DNA from: Scorias spongiosa
Lineage: Eukaryota
Length of the DNA: 53,062 nucleotides
Direction: 5' to 3'
Assembly (NCBI GenBank): GCA_018467035.1
Contig: JACSZZ010000005.1
Span: 3,224,001-3,277,062, forward strand
Shown: piece by piece, positions 45,704 through 53,062 of the stretch
How the letters are laid out: each line of letters opens with the position of its first letter
Numbering within the stretch: position 1 is the stretch's first letter
Notes under the pieces: generated by a model
Told to the model about the DNA's origin: nothing
The model's database searches: none
What the model saw: the letters and a program-made list of their open reading frames with translations, nothing else
Position numbers and translations under genes: made by a program

Positions 45704-46396
45704 GATTTGTAGAATATTTCGCTCCTGCATGCTCATGTAACTAGACACTATTCCAGCTCCATAATGGTTACATTTGGCTATTTCTTCCGTAATGTCGTAC
45801 TACCATAACATTTAGCTACAATTTGACTCGGGGTATAACTCGTAATAGATATTCACGCCTCAAGACCCTTCGAGCAGTGAACTTGTTCTTAGTCTTCCGC
45901 TTCTGCAATCGCGATGTACCTCCTGCAGAAGCGTACTTCGATATCGCTCAAGACATGTTCTAAGGTGTCAAAGCTTTCCAATTCTTCCACAACGTCTTGA
46001 GGAAAAATCCTCATTGCGCAGGGGCATGAGTTCATGGAGTGCACCTCTGCTGACAGCGATAATATGAGTAAATGGTTGAAATAGTACCCAAGCGAGATAG
46101 TACGGTAGAACTATTGTATTAGATATGGAAATGCACACGGACCTTCAACACACGGACGACAGGTTTCTGCGTAGTTTTTGTGCTTACAGGCATTTGGGGC
46201 CCAATTCTAATGTAAGAAAAGAAACGGGGATGAGGACCTCGCACTCGGCTGAACTTTTTGGATAAAAGTACCTTGCTTAGATCATTTATGCATATGTCTA
46301 TACGAAAGATGCAACACCAATAGTCTAATCGCCGTACAAGGTCTGGCCCTCCAGAACTGTTAAATGCTAGCGACATGCGCAGTCAATTTGATATTG

Positions 46397-47764
46397 TCAA
46401 TCTTGGTCGTCAATCCATCTCTTGTCCTGGATTTGCTTACATAGAGCAACTAATGTTTGACCCAACCAAACAAAGTCGGCTTCATCAAGATAGATCTGGG
46501 CACTGATTCGCACCCACCATGCATTTTGGAAGGTGCTGATAACCACGGCAGCATTGAAATCCCGGATAAGAGTCTTGACCATCATGCGCGAGTACTTCTC
46601 AGCAATCCTCCTTTTTCCTTCAGTCAGCTCAAAGTACGCCAATGGTAATCGCACATTCGCAAAAGCACATGAATCTGATAAAATTTGTTGACCAGACATC
46701 GTTGTAGCGCTCTCTAATGCGTCAGAGACTATTGCAGCTCCTCGCCTAGCAAGATACTGCAAATAGCCATATATTGCTTCCTCTCCGTGCAAATTTTGCC
46801 ACACTATACGTTGTCTGAACTTCAAGGCAGCATCGACGCAAAGATAGTTGACGCCTTCAAGAGTGCTGAGAGTTTTGAAGTTCTCTGCAAAAGCCAGCGG
46901 TACATCTGATTTCTCTACAGTAAACTCTGAACTCGTTGGAAGGCTGGATCGCATTAGAGAGTGGTGACGGGCGGCTACGTATAGTATAGCGCATTTTCTC
47001 GGGACGTAAAGCCATTTATGGCAATTACTCGCGAAGAAGTCGGGATCCAATTGTTGCATATCAAGTGGAATATGTCCAACGCCATGGGCACCATCGATGT
47101 AGGAGTATATGCTGTTCATCTTGCAGATGTTCACGATTCTTTCAAAAGGCATCCGAATTCCTGGGAAACTTGCAATCGTGTCCAAGATACAGATTCGAGG
47201 CAAAAGTCTCATGTCGTGTGCTTTGCGAATGGATCGTTCTAATTCTCTACAGATATCATCGTCGGACAATGAGTTAGAGCAATCTATTTCGAGGCTTGTT
47301 GTAGGTGTGCTCTCTGTTATGTAGTGTATGGTGTTCTTGCAGGCGCCGAATGTGGTAGTGAAGTAGAGAATGCAGTCTCCTGCATGAAAGGATAAATTTC
47401 GCAAGACCGTATTGAATGCCATCGTTGCATTCTGAACAAACACACAAGATTCTACTGGGGCATTGATATACCTGGCGATCACTTCCCGCTGTCGCAATAG
47501 TAGTTGTGGATGCTGATACAGTACAAAGTCGCATGGTCTAGCTTCCGCTTGCTCCTGACGCTGACGGAGGACATCGCGAACGGGCGTAGGGTACGTGCCG
47601 TAACCCCCTGACTCATGTTAGCGAAAGCCAATGGTACAACATGCTGCGGATTCTGTTGGAGAATACCCACCATGATTGAAGTTGCGGTATCCCACTGCAA
47701 GGTCGAAATAAGGCAGGACGTCATGCCCTACACTGATATCATGTGTATCTGTGATCTTGTCCAT
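46397..47764 (-). CDS. Fold-type I PLP enzyme, aminotransferase class V (Egt2 hercynylcysteine sulfoxide lyase / LolT / isopenicillin-N-epimerase-like), 434 aa, 2 exons
   Basis: Exon 1 is 47764-47671 (MDKITD...YRNFNH). Intron GTGGGT...GCTAAC...CAG spans 47670-47608. Exon 2 is 47607-46397. Splicing restores NHGGYGTYP. Also NAT, DGAHGVG, PLP-lysine motif SNCHKWLY and WVRISAQIYL. Confidence 0.88.
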
Positions 47765-48196
47765 TGTTCTTTTCAGAATACCATAGCTTTTCAACTTGGA
47801 AACAGAGTCGGTTCATGCGCTACAGATAATTCTTCACCTTGTACAGTACAGACAGATTCAACTGATAAGCCGTAAATTGAGGCTGAAGGTAACGATTAGC
47901 AGAAAAGTCGTAGAATGTTCAAAGCTACATCCACCATGTCTTGGCGCTTGTACTTCAACTCACGCCCTACGACTGGTTCCATGTGGGCATCTACTTTACT
48001 CCAGAGGCTTTTCATTTAATCGACGTTCGTTCTTGAGATCAAATTTTGTTCAGTTACTTTTTAAATCTGGAGGTTAAAATGGTTGCCAAGATCTATACTA
48101 AAACTAAGGGAAATGGCGGCTGTGAGAATCGCAATAGTTGTATGGAAGTAGCAATTGAAATCTTCGAGTTCTAATGAAGCTAGTAGACCCATAACT

Positions 48197-48763
48197 CTAT
48201 TTCAGCAGTTTTATGAACTGCAATGTCGCAACCCTTGTACCGCTGATAACTGTTTCCCCATCTTGCTTTCTTGTAAAACCTGCCTTCTGATAGAAATTTA
48301 TTGCTCGCTCATTACCAGAGAATGCCGAGACCACGACAGTGGAATATCCTGCGCTCATCATATTCTGCTGAGCCCTTGCCCATAAACACTGGCCTACACC
48401 CTGAGATAAGTGCTGGGGATCGATGTAGATAGCCCGAAGCTCGCATTGCGTTGATACCTCCGATGACGTGCCTAGATCACCTGCCGATGGGCTAGCTAAA
48501 CTACCGAAGCTGAGGAAGCCTAGGATCTGGGATTCTGTAGAGTTGGTAGGATCATCTCCTCGAGCCACAAGGATTGTGCCGGCTTTGAACGGGTCCGCCA
48601 TGATTTGTTGCCAGAACGCGATCTTGGTTTTGATCGAGAGACTGTTGAGGTATGACTCGGATAAGATGTTCTGGTACGCTGCTTGCCAGCCAGCAACTTG
48701 AATGCGCCCGATGGCTTCAGCATCCTCGAGGGTAGCGGTTTTAATGTCGATTGTAGTCCACAT
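48197..48763 (-). CDS. GNAT-family N-acetyltransferase (188 aa), intronless
   Basis: IKTATLEDAEAI...WQAAYQNIL, ELRAIYIDPQHLSQGVGQ (acetyl-CoA-binding motif A) and NERAINFYQKAGF (motif B). Confidence 0.9.
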   Translation of the reverse strand: MWTTIDIKTATLEDAEAIGRIQVAGWQAAYQNILSESYLNSLSIKTKIAFWQQIMADPFKAGTILVARGDDPTNSTESQILGFLSFGSLASPSAGDLGTSSEVSTQCELRAIYIDPQHLSQGVGQCLWARAQQNMMSAGYSTVVVSAFSGNERAINFYQKAGFTRKQDGETVISGTRVATLQFIKLLK

Positions 48764-49458
48764 GCTCTACTATGGTATCGAGAGGGTTTTAGAAGATGAT
48801 CTGAGTTCAATGGGAATTGATGACAACTCGTATGCCAGCATTAGTGGGTAGATTATTGCACGGACTCTAGGAGCAATTACTCCCTAAGTCCGTGCCTAAG
48901 GATGAAGCTTCATGGTGGAAATTCCTTAAAGCCCCGTGACCCTCCTTATTATATGCACTGTTATCTGTGAGCTCATGGTCTGCCAGTACATATCACTATT
49001 TTTACCTTATCGGCTCAAATGTTTCAAACCTTGTTCTAATCTAGAGATACCTGCTAGAGCCGGCTCTTCGCCTTCTACTTTGGTACTGGTCTCGAAGCTA
49101 TATTTGAAGATTGGCTAAAGGTAGACTGCGGCGGTCTAACATGTAGAGATTTGGTCTCCTATAATCCACTGGTCAGTACTCAGAGATTGGGTGAGTCTTA
49201 TGTAACAGAAGCTCACAGATAATCCTGTCCCATCGCCTCTACATTCGATGTCGCTACCGTGATGTTGAGAAATTCCCAGACCATGCCTTCAAGGTCTGAT
49301 TGATCAGGGGTGGAAGGAAACGGTCGAGAGAAAAAGAAGCGAGCAAGACAGGTGGGAGGAAAATGCACAGTAGGAGAACGACCGGATCGCTCCTCTTTCT
49401 TTGGCCCAATATCAGATTGATCGTGATCGTGATCAGCGACTAATGCCACCACAAGTCA

Positions 49459-50744
49459 TCACAGAGCCACCGGATAGTCCGTTGTTTCGATCTTATCCGG
49501 GTACTTCATATCGCCCTGCCGCCTGACCTCGTCCATGACCTTCATTATCGTCAGGCTCTCCTCGAGCGTTTCGAAACAGCCCTCTTTCCGGCCGTCGCGT
49601 ATGGCGTAGGCGCACTCGTCGGCCTCCCAGAACATGCCGTGCCCGACGCCCTCCGGACCCTTTTGGCCGAAGCCGTTGGTCCAACCGCTACCCTTGCCAG
49701 GCCCAGGTTGCTCGAATGTCTTGTCTTCGACGGTCCCATCGAGCAGGACCAGGCGTGTGCGCTCAGGTCGATAAATCGGCGGGAAGATCTGGAGTTCGCC
49801 CTTGCTGCCTTGTACACGCACGGCAGGTCCCGCTGATCCCTTGCCGTCTGGGTCTGAGGCGACCCGCATGCCTGCTGTGGCGATCCCCTGTGCAGCGCCG
49901 CCGTCGGCCTCGTCACGCGGGAATGTTAGCAGGATCGCTGTCTGCTCGTCGGCGCCAGTGCGGTATTTGCGCATAGTGCTGAGGACTTCGGGTGCGCGCC
50001 GCTTTGCTGGGTCTTGTGTCGTGTAGAGCGTCTGGAAGACGTGGGTGAGAGAATAGATGCCAAGGTCCAGCAGGGCGCCCCCAGCAAGGTCCATGTTGAT
50101 CATACGATGGGTATCAGCGAATGAAGACTCGGGCGGACTGGGGATGCTATTGTCGGCGATAGTACGGTAGACGGTGCCGAGGCGGCCGGATGTGACCTGC
50201 TCACGCACGTAGATGGATAGCGGGAAGTAGCGAATCCAGACGGCTTCCATAAGGAAGACGTTCTTCTCTTTTGCCTTCTTGATCAGCAGCTCTGCCTGAG
50301 TCGAGTTAGTCGTGAAAGCCTTCTCGCACAGCACATTCTTTCCGGCCTCTAGACACAACATCGTGTTCTGGTAGTGATGACTGTGTGGCGTAGCGACGTA
50401 GACGATGTCAACATTCGGATCTGCGACGAGCTCCTTATATGATCCATACGCCTTAGCCGTCTCAGGCGCCTGTACCTCCTCTAGGAAGGTCTTTGCCCTG
50501 TCGGCGGATGAGGACGATGCGGCGGCGACGACGACGTGTTCAACATCCTTCACGCCCCTAGTCTCCGGGTTAACCCAAAGGTCACGGGAGAAGGTCTCAG
50601 CGATACCGCCAGTGGCGAGGATACCTGTATTCATTGTAAGCGCGGAACTCCTCATACCAACTTGCAAACGTATGGACGTGAACACAATAGACGTTCAGAC
50701 AAAAGCTCATACATACCCCATCTCAGTTGGAATTTGTCTGACAT
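49459..50744 (-). CDS. Gfo/Idh/MocA oxidoreductase (dimeric dihydrodiol / D-xylose dehydrogenase-like), 397 aa, 2 exons
   Basis: Exon 1 is 50744-50717 (MSDKFQLRW-G); intron GTATGT...ACAG; exon 2 is 50624-49459. Motifs: WGILATGGIA, VYVATPHSHH, GKNVLCEKA, LMEAVW, GGALLDLGIY. Confidence 0.93.
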
Positions 50745-51351
50745 CCTGGGCAGTAACTACCAGTGTTTCTTTGCGCTCCAGCTCAACTGCTCTAGACTAG
50801 GACGACTTGAGATCCCAGATATCGGTGACTGGCTTTATCACACACTCCTAAAGGATTGTCAGCAACGGAAGAGGGCGTGGAGAGGAAAAGCGGAGGGCTA
50901 CCTTTAATAATGACAACCACGTCGAACGTACAAGGACACCTGCTATGTTGGCTCTTGTCAGACCAAATCATTCTCTACACGGCCTTGGTTTTGAAAGAGT
51001 AACTTTACCGCCGCTCAGGTCGAATTGGGCCTCACGTTGGCTCGGCTTATGTCTCGATTCGGCAGCAGGTCATCCTATCCGCACCTGGATAGGTCTTCCG
51101 CGATTATATGTTCCACTCAGGACAAATTGGGCATCTCCGCCAATGCTTTTGTTCTACTCGTTAGTCTCGGCGACTACCAAATGGGGACTCTCCGTTGACG
51201 TCATAGGCAGTAGTCCAATTGCCGGTGGGGCTCTTCTGTTGCTTCAAATGCCGACATGTTGTTGCTGTAGTTTATTAAAACACCGTCAGTATTCCGGGTA
51301 AGCCTCTCTACCAAAATAACAATCAACAATAACCTAACATCGAAAATCGAC

Positions 51352-51894
51352 ATGGCAGCCTCCGATCCTGTCCTTCCCACTCCACTTGTCGAACTGGACG
51401 ATATAGAGTACGCCGACAAATCACTCTCATTTCCCGCTTTTACATCTTCCACCGCTTGGGAGCTGGGAACTCGGCTTCGCACAAAGCTGCTCTTGTTCTC
51501 AAAACCAACGGTCGTAGACATAAGTCTTGCGCACAGCAATCACTGCCTGTTCCATTGCACGAATCATAGCGGAACCTTGCCGGACAACGACAGCTGGGTG
51601 GCTCGAAAGCGCCAAACGGTCCTCAGGTTCGGGACCAGCACGTGGTACATGCACAACAAATTCAAGGGGGATGAGGTAGCTTTTGCCAACGCATTTGGGC
51701 TACTTGGCGGAAAGGCAGGCGATTTCGCGATTCATGGAGGAGGCTGGCCAGTTCGGGTCAGAGGAGTGGAGGGGGTGGTTGCTGTGGTTGTTGTGAGTGG
51801 CTTGGCGCAAGAGCACGATCATGGGGTTATAGTGCAGACTGTCGGCGAGATGCTCGAAGAGATAGCTACGGTAGCAGAGGGCGAGAAGAAGTAG
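51352..51894 (+). CDS. UPF0303/DUF967 protein (GlcG/HbpS heme-degrading-like fold; yeast YBR137W-like), 180 aa
   Basis: AWELG, GTLPDNDSWVARKRQTVLRFGTST, AIHGGGWP and VVSGLAQEHDH motifs. Confidence 0.88.
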   Translation: MAASDPVLPTPLVELDDIEYADKSLSFPAFTSSTAWELGTRLRTKLLLFSKPTVVDISLAHSNHCLFHCTNHSGTLPDNDSWVARKRQTVLRFGTSTWYMHNKFKGDEVAFANAFGLLGGKAGDFAIHGGGWPVRVRGVEGVVAVVVVSGLAQEHDHGVIVQTVGEMLEEIATVAEGEKK

Positions 51895-53062
51895 GAGAAT
51901 TAATGTCCGAACCATGACCCAATGCTGGCTGAAATCGGAATTCCGTTCCAGTATGGAGTCCCCAAATTCGTTGCGGATGAATGTTGTTGTCAAGTCAAGT
52001 GGCACAAGTAGCAGAGTAACTTTGTTCATTGGGCTGTGCTCGTAGACTATGTGAAGCTAGAGTAGTGAAGAATTATGCCGGTGTATCTGTCACCAGCGGT
52101 GATGCAGTGAGAAAGATGGTGATACTATAGCTACAATACCAGTTCGGTTTTTGATGGATTAAGCCATCATCTAAAAGGATTGAAGCACTCAGTCAAACTG
52201 CAGAAGCTATTCTTTGTCGCTTGTCGTAGATCACTCTCTCATGTATGACTTTGAGCCTCAGCACGCTGCCCAGAGCGTCCTACAAAGCTGGATAGAAGCT
52301 TTGCTAAACAGCACTTGAAACTTTCTTCGAGTTCCCAAGGTTTGTTCCTTAGCATTGCCGCTGACTAGTCAATGGGTAACTGAACATGCGACGCCTAACC
52401 CGCATACACTCAAATGTGCTTCCTCCTTGGTTACTATCACTCGGGACGCACATCAAGCACACTATAGGCGTGTGCGGCACAGCTTTGTGCATAAACCAAG
52501 TTCGTGAATGGTTTTGGGAAAGTTGGAACCCGGGTTTGAAGATCGTCAAGGTTTCCATTCGATTTCCTCATCAGACTGGCAGACTATCTCGTTCTTCAGA
52601 TATTGGGGTCGCTTAAAGATGAAGCGCATCTTCTGCACAATAAAATGACTCAAGTGGAAGTAAGTTTAGATACAACTATTTCACTAAGTCGCGGCATTAT
52701 AGAAGATCTGCTCCGCTACGAATGACTCAATCCTCTCAATAAGCCCGTAGGTGAGCAATCGTGGCCGTGCAAATGGGAAGCAATAGTGAGGCAGTCGGGT
52801 GGGGTGTTCCAAACAATCAGCTTTGGCGATGTTCCTGCAACGATGAGAATCTTTCATTTCTCTTCTTCTCGTCTCTTTGCCTAACCAAAATTGTCCAGTC
52901 CAATACAGCTTTGTTAGCTTCACCGTCCACAGTATAATTCATCACGGTCGTAGGATATCTAGGAATACATGTGTGTTAGCTTCACGTATTGGCTTCACAA
53001 TAATTTTATTGTATAGCATCGTAAAGGTAGTATATTATAGAGGAAAGCCATACGATTCGAAC

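Noticed and set aside
39030..49200. Starship or other giant mobile element
   Set aside because: No DUF3435 tyrosine recombinase or transposase, and no convincing terminal repeats or target-site duplication.
52000..53062. Short minus-strand ORFs (52349..52558, 52684..52923) as a gene remnant
   Set aside because: Different frames, multiple stops and no recognisable motif.

Overview
Eukaryotic DNA from a filamentous ascomycete (Pezizomycotina): about 50% GC, short GT-AG introns with CTRAY branch sites, and fungal housekeeping genes. The left ~39 kb is mostly a core-gene block: eIF3d (5' end), a conserved hypothetical, a C2H2 transcription factor, a vacuolar-type MFS transporter, BUD13/CWC26, two spliced hypotheticals, HMT1/PRMT1, a disordered orphan, a family III CoA-transferase, a Zn-dependent dehydrogenase with a GC-AG intron, a candidate 62-aa small-protein gene, an HSL-family esterase, TOM6, RPB10, UTP17/NAN1 and AVO3/Rictor. 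About 39.1-48.8 kb looks accessory: a decayed reading frame, an intronless GT1 sterol-glucosyltransferase-like gene with an Atg2/Vps13-C-like segment and a UIM-like tail, an Egt2/LolT-type PLP enzyme and an intronless bacterial-style GNAT. A Gfo/Idh/MocA dehydrogenase and a UPF0303 gene follow. Exon structures were reconstructed by hand, with reading-frame phase checked at every junction. Family calls come from recognised motifs, not database searches. I found no tRNA, rRNA, CRISPR array or intact transposon. I cannot prove a new system from the sequence alone. The best leads are the PLP enzyme + GNAT (+GT1) island, the unannotated small-protein gene at 25708 and the small acidic protein ending in an Atg8-interacting-motif-like tail at 13069.
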